Positions 16,008 to 36,265 of a stretch of DNA of 64,000 nucleotides are shown in pieces. Both the position numbers and the translations under genes were made by a program. The number at the start of each line of letters is the position of its first letter. The first letter of the stretch is position 1. The notes beneath the pieces are model-generated. The model was not told the origin of the DNA. It did no database searches and worked only from the letters and a program-made list of their open reading frames with translations. Source of the stretch: the human T2T-CHM13v2.0 reference genome, Homo sapiens; NCBI RefSeq assembly GCF_009914755.1, contig NC_060947.1; one strand, written 5' to 3'.

Positions 16008-16125
16008 GACCCTCTACCCATCAGGATAAGGACACGTTCCAGTTATGGGGAGGCTCATGCTGTATACAGAATCCCCCATACCCCCTCCAGCCCTTGACTG
16101 CCGTCCTGCTGACTCTCAGTGCTGA

Positions 16126-16753
<628 letters not shown>

Positions 16754-17419
16754 TGAAAAAAATTCTTTCAAGGGGGAAGAAGAGGTAGGAATCTCTACAT
16801 TTGCTGGTGGACCTCATGCCAATGGATGAATCTGTGGTATTTCCCCACTCTTTACCTCATGCCACCACTTCCACAGGTAACGTGAGGATTGCATTCTCAA
16901 CATCCATTACCAAGCAGGGTGTGCGACAGAGAGACAGAGAGGCAGACCTCCCACCAGTGAGTCAGTGATGGGGCCCTTGAGGCCCTGGGCAAACCTCTTC
17001 CTTTCCCCTTTCCTTGTCATCTCCCATTGACCCCGGCTGTGCCTGAGCCTTTCCCTGTCTCCTCCAGTGAGTCCAAGTTACAGCCAGTTCCTCCCTCTTC
17101 ATGAGGACTGTGTGAGCACAGGCCCTACCCTCACTTGGCTTCAGCCTCCTCATCTGCAAATGGTGAGCTCCTCATTGGCAATTTGGCAGATTGAGTTAAC
17201 ATGGGTTACATGGGTTTGTCACAGGGGTCGGCCCTGAGCAAGGATGGGGTTAATGTCTGCAGACATTGTCATTAGTATTTGTACCACTGGCTCCTACATG
17301 CTACACTGAGGACTTGCCCTCCCTAAGGATAAGGATCCTATGTTTTCATCTCTCTGATACCAGGGCACCTTGTTCTACCCCTGTGAGAGAAAGGACCATC
17401 CTGCCTTCCTCACAAAAAT

Positions 17420-17716
17420 ATCCTGATATATGAGCAGCTCGGAGACCTAACCTTCTGGACAAAGACCTCCCACAAAAATGTTCAAAGATCTCATGCCTTA
17501 GGACAGTGCCCACAAGCAGTTCAGAGACCTCTCACCCTAGACACCAACCACCAAACAGCTCAAAGATGCCACACCTCAGGACACAGACCCCCAACCAGCT
17601 CAGAGAATTCCTACCTCAAGGTAACAGCTCACAATAACTCAAGGACCTCACACACCAACCCACAAAGAGCTTACCAGCTACACCCTGGTACACATACCCA
17701 CAAAGAATCAGCTCAG
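17420..17716. repeat. Degenerate ~39-bp A/C-rich tandem array (array 2)
   Basis: CAGCTC-like cores at 17435, 17478, 17517, 17556, 17596, 17635 (spacing 39-43 bp); same consensus as array 1. Confidence 0.75.
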
Positions 17717-18892
17717 GGCTGCTGTGTGATGCTGAATCTCTGTGCCATCCAACACTGTTATGGGGAGGCCTTGGATCTTGTAGTTCCCCACAGTCTGCAG
17801 TCACCACCGTTGTTGTCATGAGGAAGGCAGGTTCACACCAGGGATGGGGAAGGACCCTCTGGGACTGAGGGGATCAGAGAGTAAGCTCTCATATCTGGCT
17901 CCCAGGAATGGCCATCGTCTGACCAACCCTGATCACCTTTGGTCCTGGTGACTTTTGTATCTTGCCCCATGGGGGCTTCAGGGTAAATCCCAGAACACAG
18001 TAGGAGACCCCTAGACCCCGTTATCTTTGCCATCTCTCAGCACCCACTGTGGGGAACTGGATCTTGGAGAGAGAGTAGAGGTCCTCCCTTCACACTGCCA
18101 ATGGCAACCCCCATTATGGCCCTTCTGAGCATTCTGGTCCTTTCTCCCAAACTTCCTCTCCAATTGGCAGCTGCCACACCTCCTCTCTCTCCCCAGCTCC
18201 CCACCCTTGTGAGCCACCAGGGCTCCCCTTCCACCACGGACCTCTACCTCCCTACCCCAGCCCTAGTCATGGGGCCTCAGTTATACCCTCTCACGCCCAC
18301 TTCGGTCCTCTCACCCGGCACCTAGGCCTACCTCAGAGGACCCCCTCAGGACCCTCCCTGCACTTCCTGAAAGTGCAGACCATTTTGCAGGACAGATATC
18401 TCTCCTGCCCCCACACAGGTTTCTGTCACAACATCCCTGTTAGGGCAGAACTGGAAATGTCTCCCAGATCCAGATGAAACTCCAGACCCAGACTGAGAGT
18501 CCAGGGCAATTCGCCTAGGGCTGGAGGGGGCGGGGTGGGATTCCTGAAGGAGGCGCTGGGGTGAGTGTCACCTCAGGAGATGGGAGGACACTGCCCAGCT
18601 GGGTCTGTGAGGACAGAGAAGGGACCCTGGGAGGGACAGGGGCAGCATGAGCGCTGGGAGTGTCCCAACTGCGGTCCTCCGGGAATTGTCATCTGGCCCC
18701 AGCTCTGCCCCACCCTGGTTGGAGGGCCCCAGCCAGGGATCTGCCTTCTTGGCGCTCCAGTGTCCTCATCAGCGACAGAGGTGACAGGGCTTTCTTCCAA
18801 AGGTGCTAGTGGGGATTAAATGAGATGGCACATAAGAAAGAAGTGCTTGGGACACTGCAAGTCAGATCTGTGATGACCTAAAACTTAGAGCC

Positions 18893-19550
18893 CTGCGCAC
18901 TGAGCGCCAGATGACCCCTTGCGAGTGGTCTCACTTAAGCCCTGCCTGTGACTTGGGAAGCATCTTTAGCCTCATACTGAACAACAGTCCAAGTCTTGAA
19001 GACTGGATCCCACTGGTCATCCAGTCCTTAAAGCCCAGGCTCCGCTTTACGAACTTCCGCCCATCAGCCACTGTGCCTGACCGTGCGCGAGCGCGAAGAC
19101 CCAGGGACCCGGCTCTACGAGTGCATCCCGCTGTACTCTGTAAGAGCCGCACTCTCTAGGTGAGCTTCCCAGAGCGGTCCTTGATGCCTTCCTGCCTTGA
19201 TCGTCCCACAACCGATCGACTGCCCCTTTGCAGGTTCCTAATTTATTCAGATCTGTAGAACGGAGACGGGCGTGGCCAAAAATGGGACTAGAGGGGTCTC
19301 CGAGAAGTCGGAGAATGGGTGTCAGCTTGGGCCTGGGTGGAAACCAGGAGGACGGATTGCCGCCTGGGGCGCTCGCCGCCGCGCCCGCCCTACTGTCGAA
19401 AGGTGGGGCTGATTTCGTTGGTGGGCGGGGGTGGGCTTTATTGTCCCTCCACACACAGCATTTGTATTCTTACAAAATAGAAGCTCCCTTCCCCTATGGT
19501 ATCTCGCATAATGGTGTGTTCATTTCCGGTACCCGCAATGGTATGTTACA
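18893..19550. promoter_or_regulatory. CpG-rich promoter-like element (copy 2, paralog of 13755-14450)
   Basis: Retained CpGs, GC boxes near 19380-19430, ETS-like ACTTCCGC at 19053; collinear sequence anchors to copy 1. Confidence 0.6.
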
Positions 19551-19639
19551 TCCTCCACGCCTCATCCCCAGCTGCACACTCACAGGAGGTGAGATCCAAG
19601 AGGGGCCAGCTATTTCATACTTAGGTCCTGTGGATTACT

Positions 19640-20113
<474 letters not shown>

Positions 20114-20832
20114 CTGTGCCCAGCCACTCTTCCACACAGCTAAGTAGACTTTTATTCCCACCTTCCTCCACTGTATTACTAGTAGACCAGCCCTTCCCCA
20201 TCTTTTTCTCCCTCTCTCCCCAACAACACACCCAGATAAAGTCTTATCACCAGACCCTGAAGATCTTAAAGGGAGCAAAGGTCTAAGCATCGAGTCCACT
20301 GCCACAGAGCTCCTGCCCCATGAGTGGTGTGACTATGCCAGTCAACAAACTTTTCTTCTCCTGCACCACTGATGAATAACATCAGAGCAGCATCTATCAA
20401 AATGAAAAATCCTTATATGTAAGCCCTTAGAATGTTACATCCATGAGGGCAGGGGCATTTTCCTATCCAGTTTCCTCAGTCTCTCCAGTGCCCACCACAC
20501 AGCAGGCACTCACTGCATGGTTGTTGAATGGCTGAACTCTTTTTCCCTAGCAATTCCACTTAAAAGAATGTATAATGAAGAAACATACACATAGCACAGA
20601 GCTTAGTATACAAGGAAGATAGTAGCAAACAATCAGGGAAAACCTCTAAATGTCCATTCATAGTCAGTGATCACTGGATGGTAAATGAACAATGAGAGAC
20701 TTGTATTATATCAGGGAGCAGTCACTGGCCACGGAACAGAATGAGGGGACCAGACTATACTGGTCAAAGGAATCTTCTTCAGGACACGCTCTTAATGGGG
20801 GAATGTGGAAAAGTTCATAGTGGGACCTGGGG

Positions 20833-20858
20833 TGTGTGTGTGTGTGTGTGTGTGTGTG
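20833..20858. repeat. (TG)n microsatellite
   Basis: Direct observation. Confidence 0.95.
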
Positions 20859-20979
20859 TTTAAACACAGAGAAATGTATTTGAAGAAAACAAGCAAACAC
20901 CCAGATCCTCACCCCAGTGGTAAGCTGGGAAGGGAGAGAATGTGGAGGAAGGGGATGGCCTATGTAGTCCGTGTACTGA

Positions 20980-21291
<312 letters not shown>

Positions 21292-21559
21292 TAATGGAGT
21301 CTTTTACACCAGGCCCATATTCGAGTATTATTTGAGTAACTATAAAGCAAAGTCATGTGATGAAAGCAATCCCTACACCACAGAGGAGTTTTGTGTGAGG
21401 GTATCTGGAGGGTGTCCAGGAATAGGGTTATCAAAGTTACATGCCCGAGGGGCTAGACAATGTGCATAAGAGAACCCAGCTCATCTCAATGTAAGGAAGA
21501 TCAGCGCAATGAGTATGCTAAATGTTCCCTGCCAATCAGCCTCTGGAGTGAATACAAAC

Positions 21560-21756
21560 AGAGAAATTGGAGCTGGTGCAGATCCCAGCTTCTCCTCCTC
21601 TTATTAGCTGTGTGACTGGGGATCATTCCCTTGCCTTCTGTGTGTCTCAGTCTTCTCCACTGTGAAACAGAGTCAATCCCCATAGATTGTAGTGAAGAGT
21701 AAATAAGGTGATCCCAGTAAGAGTTATATTGGCTGTGAAGTGAGTCCTTGGTTAAA

Positions 21757-21797
<41 letters not shown>

Positions 21798-21850
21798 TTC
21801 TCTCAAGACCTGGCACAGAATAAATGTGAGATAAACATTAGCCAGTACTA
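21560..21850 (+). mobile_element. MIR containing a (CA)n microsatellite (21763-21793)
   Basis: TAGCTGTGTGACTGGGG...TCTCAGTCTTCTCCACTGTGAAA...CCTGGCACAGAATAAATG. Confidence 0.7.
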
Positions 21851-21865
21851 TTGTTTTTGTCTTTC

Positions 21866-22155
21866 GGAGTCTCCCTCTATTGTTCAAGCTGGACTGCAGT
21901 GGCGTGATCTCGGCTCACTGCAACCTCTGCCTCCTGGGTTCAAGCGATTCTCCTGCTTCAGCACCCCCCACCCCCACCCTGAGTAGTTGGAACCACAGGC
22001 GTCTGCCACCACACCCAGCTAATTTTTGTATTTTTAGTAGAGACAGGGTTTCACCATGTTGGCCAGGCTGGCCTTGAACTCTTGACTTCAAGTGATTTGC
22101 CAGCCTCAGCCTCCCAAAATGCCGAGATTACAGGCATGAGCCACTGCACCCGGCT
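21866..22155 (-). mobile_element. AluS-type element
   Basis: Antisense Alu dimer. Confidence 0.9.
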
Positions 22156-23775
22156 GCTTTTGTCATTATTTTTTCCAGAGATGCTCTATTTTAATGGTCA
22201 GTTAACTCCTTTAATACTGATAACATCCCTGGGTGGTTGTTATTATTATTAATCACTGTTTTACAGATGAGTAAACTGAGGCACTGTTCATCAGCTGACT
22301 TAAGCTTACCAGGGCCAGAGGATAAAAGCTAGTACTTATGCCCAGGTCTAGTCTGGCCCCAGAGCTCCTGCCCATATGCCTGGCTGTGCCTTATTCCATA
22401 GCAATATCAGTGACAGTGGTAGCCACTGTCATAAAGGTCATAAAGGTAGCCAAAGCTGAGCAAAGACCCCTGAAAGAAATTCGATCCTCACAACATGCTG
22501 AAGAAAGACTAGACATTTGAAGTACTCTCAGTCTCAGTGAGTCACTCCTCCCTGTGCATGTCCTGGGAGCTGGGAGAATCCATCCTATGGGTTCTGTCTT
22601 CAAGGGACATCCCAGCTACCTACAGGATCATGTCCAAAGCTGACCTGAGCAACACCCATCTCTTTCTGCACCGCTGGGCAGGGCATGCTGATGGCATCTG
22701 TTCTAGGGACTTTCTACCCCTGGGCCCAGCTGACCCATCATGACCTCCTTCCTGGCACTCTCCGCTTCGAGTGGCTGCAACAGCCCACATTCACCCCTGC
22801 TTCTATTAATAGACCAGTGAATAAGGAGACCTAGATACAAAGGGGTTAGACAGCTTGTCCAGGATCCCACCAAAGCCTGGATTTACACACTGCGCTTTCT
22901 GATGCTAGGTGTCCTGTCCTAAAACAACATTCTATTCTGCCTCTAGTAGCAGGTGCTCTTTAAATGATGACCTCATGTCGTGTACTTTACACACGATACA
23001 TCCTCATCATCATAAATGGTAACTGTCATGATAGCAACAGCTGTTAAATTTTTACACTGACAGAACGTGGGGAGTTTCCTTCAACCTCTTCATCACAGGT
23101 CACACACATACATGTCATATGAGAAAGATTGCCAACCCTCTGAACACAGCATTCCAAGCCTAATTCAAGACTTACCTAGGAATCACTTCTGGCTTGCTAC
23201 TCCATGATAAAGTAATGGGGTCTAAATTTATCTTCCCACTCTAAATAACTAAAAAAATTGGAAGAAGCAGTTTTAGGATATGGTACAACAGGCAGTGCAG
23301 GCATTGATACATGAGAGAAGGGGGGAAATGAGGTAAGTACTAAAATTGTTCCCAATTTACTGCCTGGAGAGTTTCCAGACATCAGTGCAGGGAAAGGGAA
23401 CCCAAACAGAGGCCAGCATTCTCCCAGAGTTGAGGAAACAGAGCTGATTATTCTCGGAGGCCAAGACAGCTAGAATTCACAGAGCAGAGGTCCTGAGAAA
23501 GAGAGCTGCATGGAGAGGAGAGAGCTGCAGAGACAGAGAGAGAGAGTTCTGGAAATCTGCCAAGGGTCCCGTTGAGTCTTCAGCTGAATTTTGATCAGCA
23601 TAAGTGTGTGAGGAAACTACCCAAGCCTGGAAAAACAGTCGCGGAAAAGGAGTGGGTGGAACAACCCCAGAACTCACAAAGGGATGGAAATAGTTTATCT
23701 CCTCACCTGCCAGAGTGGGAAAAACTTCATAACATGCAGGCTTCTGGGTAGAGTACTCAAAAAGATACTACCTCA

Positions 23776-26770
<2,995 letters not shown>

Positions 26771-26929
26771 CCTCATAGTGAGGCAAATTGTCACTAAATA
26801 CTGCTCTTGTTCCATCTAACAATGCTTGAAAGCAAGGCTCAGAAGGATTAAACTGTTTCTAAGTAGTTTAACTGCATCTGAGGACAAAGCCCAAAATCAT
26901 GTAAATGAATGATTATTATTTAAAAAGAT

Positions 26930-27315
26930 TTTTTTTGGAGACAGGATCTCATTCTGTCACTCAGGCTGGAGTGCAGTGGCACATGCATAGCTCACTGTAA
27001 CCTTGAGCTCCTTGGGCTCTGCTTTGGCTCAAGTGGTCTTCCCACCTTATCCTCCCAAGGAGGCCATTTGGTGAAGGCTAAAGGAGGATCCCTTTAGCCC
27101 AGAAGTTCAAAGCTGAAGTGAGCTATGGTCATGCCATTGCACTCCAGGACTACAGGCATATCCCACCATGCCCAGCTAATTAAAAAAAAAAAATTCTTTT
27201 TAGAGACAGGATCTCACTATATTGTCAAGTCTAGTCTCAAACTCCTAGTCTCAAGCAATCCTCCCACCTCAACCTCCTAAAGCACTAGGATTACAGGTGC
27301 AAGCTACCATGCCCA
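26930..27315 (-). mobile_element. AluJ-type element carrying a templated plus-strand Alu insert (27060-27147)
   Basis: Antisense Alu interrupted mid right arm. Confidence 0.85.
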
Positions 27316-27922
27316 AAACCCAACAAGGTAAATGTCACAATGTCTGGCATTCAATAAAAAATTATTAGGCATACACACAAGGAGGAAAATACAGCCAATA
27401 ACAAGGAGAAAAATCAATCAATAGAAACAGACACAGAACTAGCACAGGTGGTAAAGTTAACTGACAAGGACATTAAAACAGCTATTATATTGTTGTACAT
27501 TATATTGTTGTACAATACATAGATGTATTCTATGTATTGAAGAAGATAAAGGAATGAGTTAGCATGTTAAGAAGAGACACAAAATTATAAAAAAGGACCA
27601 AATTGGACTTTTAGGGATGGAAAATACATGGTCTGAAATGAAAAATGCACTGGATAAGATTAACAGCAGATTAGACATCACAGAAGAAAAGCTTAGTGAA
27701 CTGGAAGACATAATGAAAAATTTTAAGTATTCTAAATGAAATTTACAAAGTGGAACAAAAGCTGATAGAAATTGAATGACGTAATGATGTGATGAACTGT
27801 AGGACAACTTCCAGCAGCCTAACATACATATTATTGGAATTGCTGAAGAGAGGTGGACACAAAAAATATTTCTGGAAATAATAGCTGAAATTTTTCCAAA
27901 TTTGAGGCAAAGCATAAACTCA

Positions 27923-28275
<353 letters not shown>

Positions 28276-28607
28276 AACACACCAAGTCACATTATAATCA
28301 AAATGTTTGAAAGCAGTAAAAAAGAGGAAATCTTAAAAGCAGCCAGATTTTTAAAAACCTCATTATATAAAGTAGAACAAAAATTAAAATGACAGCACAT
28401 GTCTCTTCAGAAACAACAGAAACCAGAAAACAGTGGAGCAACATCACTAATGTAGTGAAAGAAAGGAATTGTCAAACTAAAATTGAAAACAGAGATAAAA
28501 TAATTTTCAATAATGAAGACAAAATGGTGACTTTTTTAGCGTTATAAAGCTAAAAGAATTTATCAGCAAAACTGCACCATTAAAAAAATGATTTAAAAAG
28601 TCTGTCA

Positions 28608-29071
<464 letters not shown>

Positions 29072-29672
29072 CCAGAAATGATGAATATGTGTGTAAATAT
29101 AAAACACCCATTTTCTTATTTTTAAAATAAATTTTAAATTAATTTAATTTAATTAACATTTTGAGGCAAAAAAATAATATATTGTGGAGTTTATAACATA
29201 AGTAAAAGTAAAATGTATTCCAACGAAGGCAAAAACCTGGAAGAAGTGAAATAAAATTATACACTTATAAATTTCTTATACTCTATTTGAAGTGGTATAC
29301 TATTACTTAAGAGTGATAAATTGTAAATGTATAGTATAAACCCTGAATCAACTACTCAAACATAAAAGTACAGCAAATAAGCCAACAAATCAGCAATGGA
29401 GATAAAATAGAATTATAAAAATACTACATTAATCCAAAACAAAGAATAAAAAGAAGATAATAGGAACAAAGAGCAGATGGGACAAATAGAAAACAAATAA
29501 CAAAATGGAATATGTAAATCAAAATATATCAATAATCACATTAAATGTAAAGGTTCTAAATGCCCCCATTAATAGACAAAGATTGCCAGATGGGTTTAAA
29601 GAGCAAAATTCAACTACAGTATATGCTGCCTAGAAGAAACCCAATTTGAATATAAAGACACAGATAGGTTAA

Positions 29673-30393
<721 letters not shown>

Positions 30394-31743
30394 TAAAAAT
30401 ATTTTCTTAGAAAATAAAACATTTAAAGTTTACAGAAGATGTCCTAAGGACACATAATAAATAAACATGTGTTCAAGGAAATCTACTAAATCTCAGTAAA
30501 AGCAGTGACAGTCTGTGGCATTTAAGCCATGACCCACTCTCCCAGCTCAGCTAGATGGAAGCTCCACTCTAGGAGGATGTGATTAAAAATATCAGTCTCC
30601 CTCTCCCTTCAGCTCTCAATCTAGAGATACAGTATCTCACTGGAAGAGACAGGACACCAGCATTTCTTATCCCACCCAAATCCAAATTGCAGAGACTAAA
30701 TTCCTTGTGAGGGTATCTGAGGGCTCAGGAGCTGCCTTCCTCCACACAACCCCCATTCGTAAAGTGGAAGCCTTACCCCAGGCCTAACAGGCTGAGAATA
30801 CTAGAGCACTAACAGCCTTTGCCCCAGGTCACTCTAAAGAGGTGGTTTCAGTTGAGAAAAGCAGAGGCTACTACCCCCACCCAGTGTTTGGAGCAGATAG
30901 ATCAGAGATTTTGCCCAGGGAGTGAGGCAGTGCATAGGAAGATAAAACTCTAAAGTTATCTTCAAAGGAATCAACTTTATTTGAAACAGTGTGAGAGAGT
31001 TCAAACTTAAGAGAACTCTAAAAAACTATAGATTTTGCTAGTAAACAACTAAAAAGAGGATGGTAACTCTATGAGACCAACAAACAAAACTGACTGGGAG
31101 TTCCAGACAGAGCAATTAGGCAAGAAAAAAGAAATAAAAGCTATCTAGATTGGAAAAGAAGAATCAAAATGACTTCTAATTGCAAATAGCATGCTCTTAT
31201 AAATAGAAAGTCCTAAGGACGCCACTAAAAAACTATTAGAGCTTACAAATAACTTCAGAAAGTTTGTAGGATAAAAGGTCAACATACCAAAATGAAGTGT
31301 TATTTCTATATACTAACAATAAACAACCCCAAAATTAAATCAAAGAAACAATTCAATTTACAATAGCATTAAAAATACTTAGGAGTAAATTTAACAAAAT
31401 AATTGCAAGACCATACACTGAAAACTACAGAATATTATTGAAAAAAAAATTAAAGAAGACCTAAATAAATGGAAAGACATTCCATGTTCATGGAACAGAA
31501 GATTTAATGCTGTTGAAATGGAAATACTCCCCAAACTGATCTATTATTTCAATGCAATCTCTTTCAAAAATTTAACTGCATTTTTTGGTAGAAATTGTCA
31601 AAATGATTATAAAATTCATATGAAGTTGAAAGGGAACTAGAATAACCAAAACCATCTTTAAAAAGGTGAACACAGTCAAAGGATTCACACTTTTTGTTAT
31701 CAAAACTTATTATGAAGAAACAATAATCAGGAGAGTGTGGTAC

Positions 31744-32458
31744 TGTTAGCAGTGGCGAATCTGTATGGGTCTGCAGCAACCTCAGTTCTTGCCTCCTCAG
31801 AAGCAAGAATTTGACCAAGGGGCATAAGGCAGAGTGAGAGACTGAAGCAAGTTTTAGAGCAGGAGTTAAAGTTTATTAAAAAGTTTTAGAGCAGGAATGA
31901 AAGAAAGTAAAGTACACTTGGAAGGAGGCCAAGCAGGTGACTTGAGAAATTAAAGTGCACTGTTTGGCCTTTGACTTGGGGCTTTATATGTTGGCATGCT
32001 TCTGGGGTAGGGCAGGGTGTTGCATCCCTTCTCCCCTGATTCTTCCCTTGGAGTGGGCTGTCCACATGTGCAGTGGCCTGCCAGCACTTGGGAGGGGCCG
32101 TATGTGTTTACTGAAGTTGTATGCATGCTCACTTGAGGCATTTTTTCCTTACCAGTCCAGTGGTCCTAGAGGAAGGTCATATACCAGTTAAACTCTGCCA
32201 TTTTGCCTCTTAGTGTGCATGCTTGAGCCCGCTCATCCAACTCCTGAGAGCTTATTGGGAAGCTGCTGATCACCAGTTTCAGGTATTTTCTGTCTATTGG
32301 GAGATTGCTTTTCCCTGGCACTGGCTGCAACTAATTATTATTTTAGAGAGACAGTTTAACAACTCCCTGACCATCACCTTGATGGTCACCTGAAATTCCT
32401 GGTTATGGGGGAGGGGGGCGGTCTCCTGCTCATGTCTACCTGACTGCCTACTGTAACA
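31744..32458 (-). mobile_element. ERV1 solo LTR, MER50-like
   Basis: TG...CA bounded, 715 bp; reverse complement starts TGTTACAGTAGGCAGTCAGG; interrupts L1 GTGTGGTAC/TGGCATAAG. Confidence 0.75.
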
Positions 32459-32648
32459 ATATTGGCATAAGGGTAGATATGGAATAGAACTAAAAATCCA
32501 AAAATAAACACTCACGTTTCTGGTCAACTGATTTTGGACAAGGAGGCCAAAACAATTCAATGGCAAAGAATATTCTTTTCAACAAATGGTGCTGGGACAA
32601 CTGGATATCCACATGCAAAACAATGAAGTTAGACCTCTATCTCACACC

Positions 32649-33548
<900 letters not shown>

Positions 33549-33638
33549 CACCATATACAAAAATTGGCTCAAAATGGATCAAAGATTAAAGAGCTAAAAC
33601 TCTTAGAAGAAAACATAGGCATGAAACTTTGTGACCAT

Positions 33639-33754
33639 GGCTGATCATGATGTAATTACACGTCTATAATCCCAGCTCTTTGGGAGGCCAAGGCGGGAGA
33701 ATCACTTGAGGCCAGGAGTTCAAGACTAGCCTGGGCAACATAGTGAGACCTCAT

Positions 33755-33799
<45 letters not shown>

Positions 33800-33967
33800 G
33801 CTGGGTGTGGTGGCACTCACCCACGGTCCTAGCTACTCAGGAGGCTGAAGTAGGAGGATCACTTGAGCCCAGGAATTTGAGGCTGCAGTGAACTATGATA
33901 GTGCCTCTACACTCCAGCCTGGGTAACAGAGATAGACCCTGTCTCAAACAAACAAGGTCACAAAAAA
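33639..33967 (+). mobile_element. AluJ-type element with expanded A linker
   Basis: TSD CTTTGTGACCAT. Confidence 0.9.
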
Positions 33968-34130
33968 CCTTTGTGACCATGGATTAGGCAATGGTCCCTT
34001 AAATGTGATAGCAAAAAGCCTAAGTAATAAAAGGAAAAAAATAGATAGATTGGTTGTCATCAAAATTAAAAGGACACCATCATGGACGTGAAGAAGCAAC
34101 ACAGAATAGGAATTTTTTGCAAATTGTATA

Positions 34131-34480
34131 CAGATGCTCCTTGACTTGCAATAAGGTTACATCTCAATACATCCATTAAAAGTCAAAAATATCATAAGTT
34201 GGAAATGCATTTAATTCACCTAACCTACTGAACATCGTAGCTTAGCCTTGTCCACCTTAAACATGCTCAGAACACTTACGTTAGCCTATAGTTGGACAAA
34301 ATCATCTAACACACAAAGCCTATTTTATAATAAAGTGTTGAATATCTCATGTAATTTATGGAATACTGCACTGAAAGTAAAAAACAGAATGATTGTATTC
34401 TACTGAACATGTATTGATTTTCCATAATTGTAAAATCAAAAAATCATAAGTTGAACCATTTTAAGTCGGGGACCGTTCTG
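34131..34480 (+). mobile_element. MER47A-type Tigger (Tc1/mariner) DNA transposon
   Basis: CAGATGCTCCTTGACTT...AAGTCGGGGACCGTTCTG terminal inverted repeats, TA TSD on both sides. Confidence 0.88.
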
Positions 34481-34663
34481 TACCTGATATCTGTATTATA
34501 GAGAAAACACAACTCAATAATAAAAAGATAAATGACCTCATTTAAAAGTGGGCAAAATATATTAATAGACATTTCTCTAAAGAAAATATACAATGACCAA
34601 TATGCACATGAAAAGATGCTCAACATCAACAGTCATCAAGGAAATGCAATAAAAACCACATGA

Positions 34664-34965
34664 GGCTGGGAGTGGTGGCTCACGCCTGTAATCCCAACAT
34701 TTTGGAAGGCCGAGGTGGGCAAATCACCTGAGGTCAGGAGTTTGAGACCAGCCTGGCCAACATGGCAAAACCCCGTCTGTACTAAAAATATTTTAAAAAT
34801 TAGCCGGGCGTGGTGGCGTGTGCCTGTAATCCCAGCTACTCAGGAGGCTGAGGCACGAGAATCACTTGAACTCAGGAGGCGGAAGTTGCAGTGAGCCAAA
34901 ATTGTGCCACTGCACTCCAGCCTGGGTGACAGAGTGAGACTCTGTCTCAAAAAAACAAAAACAAA
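34664..34965 (+). mobile_element. AluS-type element
   Basis: TSD ACCACATGA. Confidence 0.92.
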
Positions 34966-35100
34966 CACCACATGAATTACCACTTCATGCCCACTAGAAT
35001 GACGATAATCCAAAGAGAGATTAAAAACCAGCAATGGCAAGGGTGTGGAGAAATTGGAACATTCATATACTGCTGGTGAGAATGTAAAATGGTATAGTTG

Positions 35101-35895
35101 TGCTATGATATGAATGTTTGTGTCCCCCCAAAATTTATATGTTGAAAACCTAATCCCAAAGGTGATGATGCTATTAGGAGGGGGGTCTTTGGGAGGTGAT
35201 TAGATCCTAAGGGTGGAGCCCTCATGAATGGGATTTGTGCCCCTATAAAAGAAGCTCCAGAGAGCTGTCTTCCCCCTTCCACCACGTGAGGACAGATAGA
35301 AGATAATCATCTATAAACCAGAAAGTGAAACTTCATCAGACCCAAATCTGCTGGCAACTTGATCTTGGACTTCCCAGCACCTAGGGCTATGAGAAATAAA
35401 TTCTTTGTTTATAAGTGATTTAGTTTGGGTATTTGTCCCTCCAAATCTCGTATTGAAATGTAATCCCCATTGTTGGAGGTGGGGCCTGGAGGGAAGTGAT
35501 TGAATCATGGGGGCAGATTTCTCAGGAATGGTTTAGCACCATCCCCGTGGTGCTGTCCTGATAATAACGAGTGAGTTTTCATGAGATTTGGTTATTTAAG
35601 AGTGTGTAGCACCTCCCCTCCTCTCTCTTCCTTGCTTCCACTCTCGCCATATGAAATGTCTGCTCCCTCTTCACCTTCCACCATGATTGTAAGCTTCCTG
35701 AGACCTCCCCAGAAGCTGAGCAGATGCCAGCACCATGCTTCCTGTAAAGTCTGCAGAACCGTGAGCCATTAAACCTTTTTTCTTTAAAAATTATCCAGCC
35801 TCAGGTATTTCTTTATAGCAATGCAAGAATGGTCTAATACAATAAACTACCTAGTTTATAATATTTTGTTATAGCAGCCCAAAAAGACTAAGATA
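35101..35895 (+). mobile_element. MLT1A/MSTD-type MaLR LTR with a nested MST LTR (35416-35841)
   Basis: Outer TSD AGTTG/AGATG; inner TSD ATAAG/ATAAA; typical MaLR LTR termini. Confidence 0.85.
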
Positions 35896-35984
35896 AGATG
35901 CTTTGGAAAACAGACTGGCAAGTCCTCAAATCCTAAGTAAAAAGTCACCATAAGACCCAGCAATACCCAAGAGAATTGAAAACA

Positions 35985-36265
35985 TACGTATGTATATATA
36001 CACATATGTATGTGTATATATATGTTTGTGTGTGTATATATATACACGTGTATATATGTATGTGTGTGTATATTTATACACATGCATATATATATATTAT
36101 GAGTGTGTATATATATACATGCATATGTATGTATGTGTGTATATATATACACATGCATATATATGTATGTATGTGTGTATATATATACACATGCATATAT
36201 ATGTATGTATGTGTGTATATACGTATGTGTGTATGTGTATATATGTATATATATACTTGCATACA
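35985..36265. repeat. (TA/TG/CA) low-complexity purine-pyrimidine alternating tract
   Basis: Direct observation. Confidence 0.95.

Noticed and set aside
18228-18245. Partial REST/RE1 motif CACCACGGAC
   Set aside because: Both flanks (TCAG and AG) mismatch.
19068-19540. Plus-strand exon-like segments 19068-19139 (PLCLTVREREDPGTRLYECIPLYS) and 19459-19540 (HLYSYKIEAPFPYGISHNGVFISGTRN), both bounded by AG/GT
   Set aside because: I recognise no protein family, and the paralogous copy at 14 kb keeps neither frame nor splice sites. A BLASTP would settle it.
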